64,000 nt of DNA from Mobula hypostoma (taxonomy: Eukaryota): assembly GCF_963921235.1 (NCBI RefSeq), contig NC_086097.1, positions 180,174,001 through 180,238,000 of the forward strand, read 5' to 3'. The notes below the pieces were generated by a model. That model did not search any database. It had not been told where the DNA came from and saw nothing but the letters and a program-made list of their open reading frames with translations. Positions 36,379-49,014 of this stretch are shown here, one piece after another. The position numbers and the translations under genes are program-made. The number at the start of each line of letters is the position of its first letter. Position 1 is the stretch's first letter.

Positions 36379-38525
36379 CTAAAATTTAAGGAAAACACCG
36401 ATGCCATCGAGAGGAAAGTGCTCCCACATAGAACTTTAGAAAGAGACAGTAAAAAAAACAGACCTTCAGCCCAACAAGTCCATACTGACCATCGAGTACC
36501 ACTGACATTAACCCTATTTTACACTCCCACATATGAAAGGATGCTTCTTGATCTCTGTACCAACAGCTGATTCCCTTGTGTGTGTGCATCTGCTAAAACT
36601 CACATTCACAACTCACCCTTTCCTCATCCGCTCCCATTTTCCCAACAGGGATCTGTACATCTCACCCTATCTCACTGATAACATTCAGCCTCCCTCCCAA
36701 TACCCACCAGTGTCATCATATTCACTCTCCTCACCACCCTCCCTCCCCACTGCCCTCGCACTCAGCACTCCCTCCAATTCATTGTCCAGCACCTCAGACA
36801 CCCCCAACTCACCAACCCTACCTCGCATTGAATTTAGAAACATAAAAGGCTCCCTTGCAGCCTCAAACCCCATCATCACCTCTCCCATCCCCAATTCACT
36901 GCCAACCCCACACTGCCTCCCCCACCAACACACAGCCCCTCAGCCTCCCCCCACTGGCGAATCCTCAGTTCCATTTAATCCCTTTCCTCATTTGGTGCTT
37001 TTCCAGAATATTTCCCTCTCTGACCACGTTCCATCCAGTCTAGAATATCACTCAGATCCTTCTTTGCTTGCACTGGCTGACTGCATCTCTCATTGGAATC
37101 ACCCTATTACAATCCCCATGTCTGCCCCATCATACAGAAGACAATAAAACATAGGACTATCCCACTTGACCCATCAAGTCTACTCTGCCATTCGATCGTA
37201 TATGATTTTGTTTTCCCTCTCAACCCCTATTATCCTGCGTTCTCATAGAAACCATAGAAAAACTACAGCACAGAAACAGGCCTTTTGGCCCTTCTTGGCT
37301 GTGCCGAACCATTTTCTGCCTAGTTCCACTGACCTGCACACGGACCATATCCCTCCATACACCTCTCATCCATGTATCTGTCCAATTTATTCTTAAATGT
37401 TAAAAAAGAACCCGTATTTACCACCTCGTCTGGCAGCTCATTCCACACTCTCACCGCTCTTTGTGTGAAGAAGCTTCCCTAATGTTCCCTTTAAACTTTT
37501 CCCCCTTCACCCTTAACCCATGTCCTCTGGTTTTTTTCTCCCCTTGCCTCAGTGGAAAAAGCCTGCTTGCATTCACTCTATCTATACCCATCATAATTTT
37601 ATATACCTCTATCAAATCTCCCCTCATTCTTCTACGCTCCAGGGAATAAAGTCCTAACCTATTCAACCTTTCTCTGTAACTAAGTTTCTCAAGTCCCGGC
37701 AACATTCTTGTAAACCTTCTCTGCACTTTTCAACCTTATTAATATCCCTCCTGTAATTTGGTGACCAAAACTGAACACAATACTCCAGATTCGGCCTCAC
37801 CAATGCCTTATACAACCTCACCATAACATTAATTTTCCCTGTAACTTTTGATGCCCTTACTAATCAAGAGAACCTATCAACCTCCACCTTAAGACTTGGC
37901 CTCCACAGCTATCTGTGCTAATGAATTCCACAGATTCACCACCCTCTTGCTAAAGAAATTTGTCTTCATCTCTATTCTAAAGGGATGTCCTTCTCTTCTA
38001 AGGTTGTGCTCTCAGGTTCTAGACTCTCCCACTATTGAAAATATGGCCTCCACATCCACTCTATCCAGCCTTTCAATATTCGGTAAGTTTCAATGAGACT
38101 TCTAAACTCCAGTCAGTACAGGCCCAGAGCAATCAAAGGCTCTTCGTACATTAACCTTTTCATTCCCAGGATCATTCTTGTGAACATTCTCCAATGTCAG
38201 CACATCCTTTCCTATGTATGGAGCCCAAAACAGTTCACAATACTCTAAATGCAGAATGACCAATGCCCTATAAAGGCACATCTTCCCTCTTGTTCCATTA
38301 CTTTGGCCAAGCTATTAAATCTCAATGCCGTCAATTTCCTTGAAGGTCTGCATCCCTGACCTGACTGAAAACCATTTCTTTCACCACACCAGCTACCTGA
38401 CATGGTGAATAATCTTAGCATTTTAATTATCTACAGCTTACAATATAATATTAGTTCTTCCTATAAATTTCAAGAAGCAAATTTCATTTGCTGTAAAATG
38501 CTAGATGATTCACAGTGAAGGATAC
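36379..38525 (-). other. U12-type (minor spliceosome) GT-AG intron of RMC1
   Basis: 5'ss GTATCCTTC; TTTTCCTTAAA branch-like motif just before terminal AG; no long polypyrimidine tract between them. Confidence 0.85.
37130..38270 (-). mobile_element. CR1 3' fragment with a nested, younger CR1 3' fragment (~37245-37829)
   Basis: Inner: [37 protein letters not shown]; host resumes at ~37830. Confidence 0.8.
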
Positions 38526-38570
38526 AAAGTTCACACGGGACAGGACTTTGTGTTGTCACAGCAGACGGAC
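38526..38570 (-). CDS. RMC1: RMC1 exon ~11
   Basis: tag|(G)PSAVTTQSPVPCEL(Y)|gtatcctt; phases match both neighbours. Confidence 0.88.
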
Positions 38571-39857
38571 CTAGACAAAGGATTTCTAGGCATCAGTACA
38601 ACTGTACATGGAATTAAAGCTCTTGAGACATAGCCATATCAGGACTTGACAGAAAAAAATATCAAAGGTGAAATGATCATAACACCCTAAGAGGTTTAGG
38701 ACAAATATGAGAAAATATTGCCACAGGACCGAACACAGGCAAATGGGCCTAGACTGGATAAACCTCTTGGTTTGCATGAACGAGTTGGCCGAACGGCTGG
38801 GATTCTACATTGAGAACTGATAGACAGAAAAAAACTGGCAGAAATCCCAGAACAAAATGGAAATGAGAATTAATTTTATGCAGCGAGTTATTGTAATTTT
38901 GGACCTCAGTTGTGAGTATTAAAGAGAACTAGTAACCACAAAGGGATAGGACAGACTGATCGGGACTAATTAGATTTTTCTCTAAAGATTCGTACTGGTA
39001 TGAGGGAATGCACAGCTTTCCCTGTGCCATCAATGAACCTGTCAAATGCCAACATACCTTCTACTGAGGGTAGATCAGCAGGACAGCACCACTCCTGCTA
39101 AACTGATCCTCTCAACCAACAGGTTACACTACCAGCCAAAAAACAGGTAAGAAATGTACCAACATACAGATGTTCAAGTGCCTGAGGCATGTTTCCCGTG
39201 GTGTTTGGCAAAATTTTTAAGGGTGAGTAAATCTTGGGCAAAAATCCAAATGAAAAGAACGCTTCTGCTGAGCTTGGATATTGTGAAAGATAAAGTGAAA
39301 TAAAAACTTTGATGAAGTTTTTACAGCAACCTAACCGAATTGGGAGTGAGTGAGAAGGCAACTCACAGGTCCGTGACTCAGATATAAAAAGGAGCATTTG
39401 CCGGCTTTTGGAGTTTATCCAGTGTCCAATCGAATGAGGAATGAGAGTGGAAGCAACCCACAGGTCCGTGAGTGAAATTTAAAAAGGAGCATTCACAGGC
39501 TTTTGGCATTTTTCCAGCAGTGCAATCAAGCAGCGGTTCATTAACAAGGGCAAATAAAAATAAGATAGGGACAGGCAAAGTAGCTATTGTTGCAGTGAGG
39601 AGGCTTTGGCTCATCAGGCTTGGGTGAGGTACGTATCTGTTTAAGTTTCTTTTTCTTCATTCGTTCCCCTCAATAATAAGTTACTGCTTTGGATACTGTT
39701 GGGGGGGGAAGGGGGGGAAAGGACCAACGAGGGGGAAAGCTGCATCAACCGTGTCTCTGGCACTGAATCTGGTGCTATGCCTCAAAGGGAAGTGGAGGGG
39801 GGGAGCAAGTAGAGATAACAGCTGCAGTAGTGATAGAGGAGTTAGAGGAATAGACAC

Positions 39858-40689
39858 TGTGACGAAAAAACCAAGTTATCAGAAGATTGATGCTAATGAG
39901 AGAGATAAGTGAGACAATGGAGAAACATTCAAAATGCTAATAAGAGAGAAGAGAGAGATTAACGAGAAAGAAACACGTTTCAGAATATTGACAGACCGAT
40001 TGCTTTGAACCTGAACTGTTTGAAGTTTGATGGACAGGCGATACCCCAGCAGGGGGATAAAAAGAACAGGTTCGCTAAGGCACGACACACACCACGAGAT
40101 CAAAGATAACGAGACCCTGGAAGAGCGGTGTGCCCCCACAAGTCGGTGGGAGTTTGGAGGTCTGGTCGCGGGAACCGACCATAGATGCACAGGGTGAATG
40201 GGTACGATCGGCGGGAACCTGGTGTGTGTGTCCACCCTTGCCTGGGTGCCGGGTTCACCTCGGAAGAACGGTCGTATCCGGAGCGGAGGGGTCACAGTCG
40301 GTGACCACAAAAGACATAAAAAAGGGTCTGCCCAAAAGCCAACTGCGAAGGACATCAAAGGTCTGCTTAATCAGATTTGCATATCTCTATCTCTCTCCAA
40401 CGGCACAACAGCGATTACTGCAAACTGTACTAAGCTGAACTGAACTCTGCGTCACTTGAGACTGATCATTTTACCCCTAGACTGCGATAGAGCTTGGTTG
40501 ATTCCTATTACCCTAGTTCTGTGTACATGTGTGTTTTATCATTGCTAACCTGTTGCATTTATATCCTTACGAATAGAGTACTGTGTTACTTATTTCTTTA
40601 ATAAAACTTTATTAGCTTCTGTTAAACCAGACTCCAACTAAGTGGTCCATTTCTGCTGGTTTGGCAACCCAGTTACGGGGTACGTAACA
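39858..40689 (+). mobile_element. Solo LTR (832 bp), Gypsy- or ERV-type
   Basis: TGTGACG...CGTAACA termini; 4-bp TSD acac (39854-39857, 40690-40693); AATAAA 40600-40605; CpG-rich. Confidence 0.85.
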
Positions 40690-41719
40690 ACACACAGACT
40701 CAAGATTCTGTGGATGTGATAGAGACACCTGGATGGTATGTTGCCTCCCAGGTGCCAGGGTCAGGGATGTCTGGGATCAGGTCCATGACATTCTAAAAGG
40801 TGAGGGTGAACAGCCAGTAGTCCTAGTACATATTGGCACCAATGACATAAGGGAGAAGGTCCTGAAGAAAGAATAAGTTGCTAGGTAGAAAGCTGAAAAG
40901 CAGGACCTCCAGGGTTGTAATCGCTACACTGCCATGCACCAGTGAGGGTAAGAAAAGGATGATTTGGCAGATGGAGTGGCTGAGGAACTGGTGCTTTCAG
41001 ATTTCTGGATCATTGGGATCACTTCTGGGGAAGGTATGACCTGTACAAAAGGACAGGTTACATCTGAACCCAAGGGGACCAATACCCTTGGGGGCAGGTT
41101 TGCTACAACTATTGGAGAGGAGTCAAACTAATTTAGCAGGGAGATAGAAAACTGAGTGATAGGGCAGTTTAGTATACAAGTAGAAGCAGTGTGTAGTGAG
41201 ACTGTCTGGAAGGACAAACGGATGATGGGGAAACATTGCAGTCAGTGGGATGAGTTGCAGTGTAAAACGGGAACAAAATTGAAAAGGGTGACAAATACAG
41301 GACTAAAGGTGTTATATTTCAAAACACATAGTATACGAAATAAAGCAGATGATCTTGTAGCAGAGTTAAGGGATTGGCAGGTATGATGTTGTGGGGATCT
41401 CTGAGTCATGACTAAATGAAGATTATACTTGGGAGCTTAACATCCAAGGATACACGAAGTATCAAAAGGACAGGCAAGCAGGCAGAGGGGTGGTGTGGTT
41501 CTCCTGGTAAAAAATGAAACCAAATTCTTAGAAAGAGGTGACATAGAATCAGAAAACTTAGAATCATTCTGGGTAGAGTTAAGGAACTAAAAGAATAAAA
41601 AGACTCTGATGGGAATTATATACAGGCCTCCGAAAAGTAGTCAGGATGAGGGCTACAAATTACAATCTTACAATAATCAAAGGGATTCCCATATGCAGGT
41701 AGATTGGGAAAATCAGGTT

Positions 41720-42650
41720 GGTTGCCAGTGACAACTGCTGTTCCACAAGGGTTGGTGTTGGGACCACTTTTTTCATGCTATATATCAATGATTTAAATGA
41801 TGGAATAGAAGGTTTTGTTGCCAAGTTTGCATGCGATATGAAGACTGGTGAAGGGGCAGGTAGTGTTGAGAAAACAGGTAGGCTGCAGAAAGACTTAGAC
41901 AGATTAGGAGAATGGACAAGAAAGTGGCAAATGAAATACAATGTTGGAAAATGCATGGTCATACACTTTGGTGGTAGAAATAAATGTACAGACTATTTTC
42001 TAAACGGAGAAAATCCAAAAATTTGGGAGGCAAAGGATCTTGGAAGTTCTAGTGCAGGTTAACTTGCAGGTTGAGTCAATGGTGAGGAAGGCAAATGCAA
42101 TGTTAGCATTCACTTCAAGAGGTCTAGAGTACAAGAGCAAGGATGTGATGCTGAGGCTTTATAAGGCACTGGTGAGGCCTCATCTTGAGTATTGTGAACA
42201 GTTTTGGGCTCCTTATGTAAGAAAGGATGTGCTGGCATTGGAGAGAGTTCAGAGGAAGATCACAGGGATGATTGTATGAATGAAAGGGTTATCATAGAGA
42301 ATGTTTGATGGCTCTGGGTCTGTTTCTCATGGTGGGTGAGTCCAGGACAAGAAGGCAAAGACTCAGGATAGAGGGGCATCCATTTAAAACAGAGATGCGG
42401 AAGAATTTCTATAGCCAGGGAGTGGTGAGTTTTTGGAATTTGTTACCAAAGGCAGCTATGGAGACCAGGTCGTTGGGAGTATTTAAGGCAGAGCTTGATA
42501 GGTTCTTGATAGGACACAGCATCAAAAGTTACAGAGAGAAGGCCAGGGAGTGGGGCTGAGGAGGGGAAAAAAGGATCATCCATGACTGAATGGCAGACCA
42601 GACTTGATGGGCCAAATGGCCTAATTCTGCTCCTATATATTATGGTCTTA
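41720..42650 (+). mobile_element. Nested CR1 3' fragment within the host endonuclease domain
   Basis: YINDLNDGIEGFVAKFA...[15 protein letters not shown] to tail tatggtctta; host LDWVLCNEPDLIR resumes at ~42651. Confidence 0.82.
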
Positions 42651-44905
42651 TTCTGGATTGGGTGTTGTGTAATGAACCAGATTTGATTAGGCAGCTTAAG
42701 GTAAAGGAATCCTTAGGAGACAGTGATCGAATTCAGCCTGCAATTTGAGAGGGACAAGCTAAAGTCAAATGAATCAGTATTAGAGTGGAATAAGGGGAAC
42801 TACAGAGACAGGAGAGAAGAGCTGGCCAGAGTTGACTAGAAAGGGACACCAGCACGGATAATGGTAGAACAGCAATGGCAGGAGTTTTTGGGAGCAATTC
42901 AGAAGGCACAGGATAGACACACCCAAAGAAGAAGAAGAATTCCAAAGGCAGGTTGACAACTGTTGCTGACAAGGGAATTTCAAAGCCAACATAAAAGCAA
43001 GAGAGAGGGCATATAATACAGCAAAGATTAGAGGGATATTAGAGGTTTAGAAAGCATTTAAAAACCAACAGAAGGCAACTAAAAAAGCCGTAAGGACGGA
43101 AAATATGAAATGTGAAGGTAAGCTAGCTAATAATATCAAAGAGGAAACCAGAAGTTTTTCAGATATATAAAGTGTAAAAGAGAAGTGAGAGTAGGTATCA
43201 GACCACTGAAAAATGACGCTGGAGAAGTAGTAATGGGGGACAAGGAAATGGCAGATGAACTGAATAAGTATTTTGCATCAGTCTTCACTGTGGAAGACAC
43301 GATGCTGGAAGTACGAGTGTGTCACAGGGCAGAAGTGAGTAGAGTTACTATTACCTGGGAGAACGTGCTTAGGAAGACGAAAGGTCTGAAGACTGATGTC
43401 ACCTGGACCAGACAGATTACACCCCAGGGTTCTGAAAGAGGTAGCTGTAGCTGAAGAGATTATGGAGGCATGAGTAATAATTTTTCAAGAATCACTAGAT
43501 TCTGTAATGGTTCCAGAAAAACTGGAAAATTGCAAATGTCACTCCACTCTTTAAGAAGGGAGGGAGGCAAAAGAAAGGAAATTATAGGCCAGTTAGCCAG
43601 ACCTCAGTGGCTGGGAAGATGGTGGAGTCAATCGTTAAGGATGAGGTTTCGTAGTACCTGGAGGCACATGATAAAACAAGCCAAAGTCAGCATGGCTTCC
43701 TTAAGGGAAAATGTTGCCTGACAAATCTGTTAGAATTATTTGAGGATACAACAAGCAGGATAGACAAAAGTGTGAATGCTGTGTACTTGAATTTTCAGAG
43801 GATCTTTGACAAGGTGCTGCTTAGCAAGATAAGAGCTTATGTTATTTCAAGGAAGATACTAGGATGGACAGAGCATTGGTTGATTGGCAGAAGGCAAAGA
43901 GTAGGAATAAAGAGAGCCTTTTCTGATTAGCTGCTGGTGACTTGTGGTGTTGCGCAGCAGTTGATGTTGAGATGGCTTCATTTTATGTTGTATATCAATG
44001 ACTTGATGACATAATTGATGATTCTGTGGTAAAGTTTCTCGATGATAAGAGGCTAGATGGAAGGGCAGGTCTGCTGAGGAAGCAGGAAGGCTGCAGAAGG
44101 GCTTAGATGGATTAAGGGAATGGGCCAAGAAGTGGCAGATAGAATACAGTGTTGGGAAGTGTATGGTCATGCACTTTGGTAGAAGGAATACAAGCGTAGA
44201 CTATTTTTTAAACAGCGAAAAATTCAAAAATCTGAGGTGCAAAGGAACTTAGGAGTCATCGTATAGGATTTCCTAAAGGTTAACTTGCAAGTTGAGTCAG
44301 TGGAGAGGATGGCAAATGCAATGTTAGCATTCATTTCGAGAGGACTAGAACATAAAAGTAAGGATGTAATGCTGAGGCTTTAAGAGACATTGGTAAGGCC
44401 TCACAGAGTATTGTGAGCAGTTTTGGGCCTCTTATCTAAGAAAGGATGTGCTGATGTTGGACAGGGTTCAAAGGAGGTTCAAGAAAATTATTCCCGGAAT
44501 GAAAGGCTTATTGTATGAGGAACATCTGATAACTCTGGAGCTGTGCTCGCTGGAATTTAGAAGAATGAGGTGGGGGTGGGAATCTTATTGAAACTTATCA
44601 GATGCTGAAAGGCCTAGACAGAGTGGATGTGGAGAGGATGTTTCCTATAGGAAGGAAGTCTAGGACCAGATGGAGCAGCCTCAGAATAGAGGGGCATCCA
44701 TTTAAAACAGTGATAAGGAGGAATTGCTTTAGCCAGAGGTGGTAAATCTGTGGAATTCATTGCCACAGGCTGCCGGGGAGTCCAGAACATTGGGTGTATT
44801 TAAGGCAGGGGTTGATAGATTCTTGATATGTCAGGGTGTGAAAGGTTACAGACAGCAGTAGAATTGAACCCAGGTCGCTGGTGCTCTATTAGTGTTACTC
44901 TAAAC

Positions 44906-45934
44906 CAGGGATGGCCAACCTATGGCGCATTTGGCAAAAGTGACGCATTGGATGATGAGAAGTGGCGCATTGCACCCCAGCGATAATAAGAAAAAGGTAA
45001 ACCTACTCATGCAAAAAGTATTAACCAAAAACTGATTTGTAGAAAAAAAATCTGTAACAGGAATTCAAGTAGCTTAGAGCTAGGAATGGGTTTTACTGAG
45101 AATAAATCTAAAACTTAGCAATTATTTTTAGCGATCTTATTATTTCGTGCACATCTTTTGGCAAATGTTATATTCTTTCACATTAATCTGTATTCAATTT
45201 TAAAAAATGTACAATGAGTCAAACTAGGAAAGAAGGACTTTTGTTCTGCAGTCGTTCCATAACTATTCAATACACGTTTGATACTTGTTTGATCCTGAGA
45301 CGCCAGGCGTCTGCACCAGTGGTGCGTCGCAGGTTTTTGCCAGTCAGTTTACAATTGACACTCGTGCGCTATGGAGTTGTGCTTCGTTCGTCATTTATGA
45401 ACATTTGCAGTTTTGTACTTTTACGAAAATTATGCCTTGATTTTACATACAGTTACCCATCACAGTGCAAAAGAAAATGAGCAAAAGAAAAGCAGAAAGT
45501 GGTAGTAAGCGTGAATTCAATGAACAGTGGGAAAATGAGTTACTATTTATAGTGGGTCTGTCAGGAAAACCGTTGTGCATTGTTTGTGAAAACACTTCCT
45601 CACATGAAGACATGATCTTAATAGACACTATAAAACACAACTTCAGACTGAAATACAAGGAAAACTGAAGCTAGTGCTTGGGTCTGAGTTACGGAAAGAA
45701 TATGTGATTAAGAAAGCGGAAGAAATCAAACGAAGACAAAATATATTTGTTAGAAGTCTCATTAAGGTAAGTCATGTTTATTTTGTTTTTATATTATCAT
45801 GTAAAAATGCTAAATATGTCTATATTAACATATTTTTACAAGAATTGAATGGGGGTACAAGAGTTGTATAGTGCATCTGAACCTGTGCGTGAAAAAAATT
45901 TGACGCATGGAGTGTAAAAGGTTGGCCACCCCTG
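44906..45934 (+). mobile_element. Internally deleted hAT (Charlie/SPIN-like) DNA transposon, 1029 bp
   Basis: TIRs CAGGGATGGCCAACCT / AGGTTGGCCACCCCTG (15/16); 8-bp TSD ctctaaac; transposase-like N-terminus MSKRKAES..KREFNEQWENELLF...GKPLCIVC. Confidence 0.9.
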
Positions 45935-46396
45935 CTCTAAACACTACCTTTTTGTACTGCCAACACCCCAGTAGTTGTCTACACTGACTCAAGTGGGCCT
46001 CCTCCGTTTCCTACACTTGTTCTCACCACTCCCCTCTCAAAAAGAGGGGGTCCCAAGGATGCACCTGAGTATCTACAATTGGACGGCACCGTACATAGTG
46101 GCTAGTTTAATACTTTTGCAGCGCCAGTGATCAGCGATTGGGTTAAATTCACACAAATGAATGAAAATGACTCATTTCATGTGATGGACATGTGACAAAT
46201 AAAGCTAATTGTTATCGTTACTTGTGTCAAGTGAGCTTTTAACTTAATCACGGGACAGTTGGGAGTGGAAGACCGTCTAAAGAAGAAATTAATTTTTAAA
46301 AATCCCTTGATGAGGGATCCCTTGATCTCTTTCGACAATGATCAAAAACCTGCTCAGTGTAAATTGCAGGAAGAACATAGTCCTGAAATTACAGAC

Positions 46397-46508
46397 CTGC
46401 ACGAGGAATCTTACAGGGATGAATAGACAGAGGTAGAAGGACTTGCTGGTGAATGGTGACAGCTCCATCAAACTCTGCTCGGAGTTTTATATCAAAAATC
46501 ATAGAGGT
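46397..46508 (-). CDS. RMC1: RMC1 exon ~10
   Basis: cag|TSMIFDIKLRAEFDGAVTIHQQVLLPLSIHPCKIPRA|gtctgt. Confidence 0.9.
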
Positions 46509-48386
46509 CTGTGAAAACAGAAAATGCAGAGTGCAGAATCACATTCTGGAACTCCTACTTCTCTATCTACAGCGATTCTTGTCAAGACAACATCCGTAAA
46601 AGAACCTATAATCAAATCACTTGCATTTCATAAGGTCCACAAACTATCCCAACTTGTATATTACTTTGTTGGGAAAACGGTACGGCTTGCATAAGCAACT
46701 TGGTCAGCATGGATGACTCGGGCTAAAGGGCCTGCTTCTGTGCTGCAGAACTCTATGGCTCCAGTTGCAGACAAGCTCATCAAAATGTACAAAACTCTCA
46801 GAACACTTGGCAGGGTGAATGCTGGGGGGCTATTTCCCTTTTTAAAAATGAGGAGTTGTTTTCTCAGTAAGAGGGATGGATGTGTGATCATTTAGAACTG
46901 AGGTATAATTTCAGGAGTAATCATTCAGAGGATGGTATATTTTGGGAATTCTCTACCCAAGGACCATGATAGTGAGTTATTGAGGATCATTAAGAACAGG
47001 ACCGAGAAATCTTTGGATACTGAGCAACTAAGAGGATATGGTGGTCAGAAGACCAGGTATGTGACATGACTTCACTGGACAGCTGAATTATGGAATCAAA
47101 TGACCAAGTAAAACGAGGTTGGTATAAATAGATGCTTGATGATTGGTATGGACTCAGACAAAATGCCTGCTTCCAAGTTGTATGCTCTAACAATCTTCTA
47201 CATGTTGCTGAAAGTATCCTGACTGGTTGCATCATGGTCTGGTACAGCAATCCAAATGCACAGGAATGCAAGAAGCTGCAGTTTCTCAGTCCAATAGATC
47301 ATGGGCACATCTCTCCCCACTATCAGTAGTATCTACAAGAGGCACTACCTCAAGAAGGCAACATAAGGGCCAGGTAAAAGGTACAGAGGCCTGAAGTCCC
47401 ATGCCACCAGGTTCAAGAACAGTTACTTCCCTTCATCCACTCAGTTCTTGAACCAAATGGAAAACTCTAATCACTACAGTTTAGCTCAATTTACACTAAA
47501 ATAGACTTTGATTTCCTTTTATTCCACGTGTTCTTTCTTGTAAAAAAACGTGCATAATTTATGCTACTTTATATTTTTCATATCAGTACTGCTAATGTGA
47601 TGCTATGAGTCTATGATGCTGCTGCAAGTAACTTTTTCATTGTACCTGTGCATACTGTACAATAAAAGAACTAGATAGAGTGGACATGGAGACGATGTTT
47701 TCAGTAGTGGGACAGTCTATGTCCAGAGGGCAAGCCTCAGAATAAAAGCAGGTCCATTTACAACTGAGATGAGGAGGAATTTCTTCGGCCAGAGAGTAGA
47801 AACTCTGAGGAATTCATTGCCAGACGGCTGTGGAGGCCAAGTCGTTGGGTATATTTACAATAGAGGTTGATAGGTTCTTGATTATATTTTTACTAAAAAT
47901 AATATTGTAACAAGTCCTTCCGGCCAACGAGCCTGCATCACCAAGTTACACCCATGTGACCAATTCACCTACTAACCTATATATCTGGGAGGAAACCTTA
48001 CACAGTCATGGGGAGAACAGTGGAATTGAACCTGGGTCACTGGTGCTGTAATAGTGTTACAATGACCACTATGCTACTGTAACACAATTAGTAAGAGTGT
48101 CAAAGGTTACAGGGAGAAGGTGGGAGAATGGAGTTGAGAGGAACATAAATAAATCAGCCATGATCAAATGCTGCAGCAGACTTGATGGGCCCAATGGCTT
48201 AATTCTGCTCCTGTGTTTTATGGTCCTATGTGCTTGGGCATATGACAATAAACTTGACGACTCAATTTCATGACCCTAAGACTTCTACTGAAAAGTCTTA
48301 ATCCTTTCATCATTGCTGGATAAATCCTTGAACATCTTCCTGAGCTGCACTGTTAGAGGTTAGTGACTGGGAATTACAGCTCTTAC

Positions 48387-48492
48387 CTGGGTACTCTGGT
48401 GATGCACCACAACTAAGTTATCAACCACATTCAGAGCAAATTTTCCAATGGTGTTTAGTTTTAAGATATGCATTTTCTTACACTGTCCTTCC
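48387..48492 (-). CDS. RMC1: RMC1 exon ~9
   Basis: cag|(R)EGQCKKMHILKLNTIGKFALNVVDNLVVVHHQSTQ|gtaaga. Confidence 0.94.
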
Positions 48493-48574
48493 CTGCAATT
48501 AAAAGGATATACATTCAGGAAATCCCTCTAGGGTAAAGAACAGACTGATTATGATCTCAACCACCAGGACTTAC

Positions 48575-48664
48575 CTAGGTAAATAATACATGATTACTTC
48601 TGCCCCAGGGTTATTAGGAGCTCTTGGTTGATACTTCAAATAAAGGACGTAGAGTTGACCATAT
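48575..48664 (-). CDS. RMC1: RMC1 exon ~8
   Basis: aag|YGQLYVLYLKYQPRAPNNPGAEVIMYYLP|gtaagt. Confidence 0.9.
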
Positions 48665-49014
48665 CTTGTGAGAAAAACAAATTAACACATTATTGACATT
48701 GTAAAATTAATCCTGCGGCAGAAAACATCACAAGATAAAGGGTGAGTTTAAATAACTGACAGAGAATTGGAATTGGCTTACTATTGTCACACATACCGAG
48801 GTACAGTGAAAATCTTGTCTTGCATACTGTTCATACAAATCAACTCATTAGACAGTACACACAAGAGCTTCTGCAGAAGCTGAAAATCCAGAGCAACACA
48901 CACAAAATGCTGGAGGAACCCAACAGTTCCAGCAGCATCCATGGAGAGGAATAAAGAGGTAACATTTTGAGCCAAGGGCATTCATCAGAACATAGGACCC
49001 ATTACACAGTACAA

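Larger units (their letters stand above)
39340..44850 (+). mobile_element. Near-full-length decayed CR1 LINE hosting a solo LTR and a nested CR1
   Basis: MVCCLPGARVRDV and VHIGTND (ORF1 esterase); KVLYF.THSIRNK; ADELNKYFASVFT; SQHGFLKGKCCLTNL. Confidence 0.85.

Noticed and set aside
36533..37147. 204-aa Pro/Ser-rich ORF antisense to RMC1
   Set aside because: Arises from C-rich low-complexity intronic sequence; no recognisable domain or gene context
48501..48510. ATATCCTTT (U12 AT-AC donor-like) on the minus strand
   Set aside because: Lies within the acceptor region of an 82-nt GT-AG intron whose frame is already satisfied; probably chance
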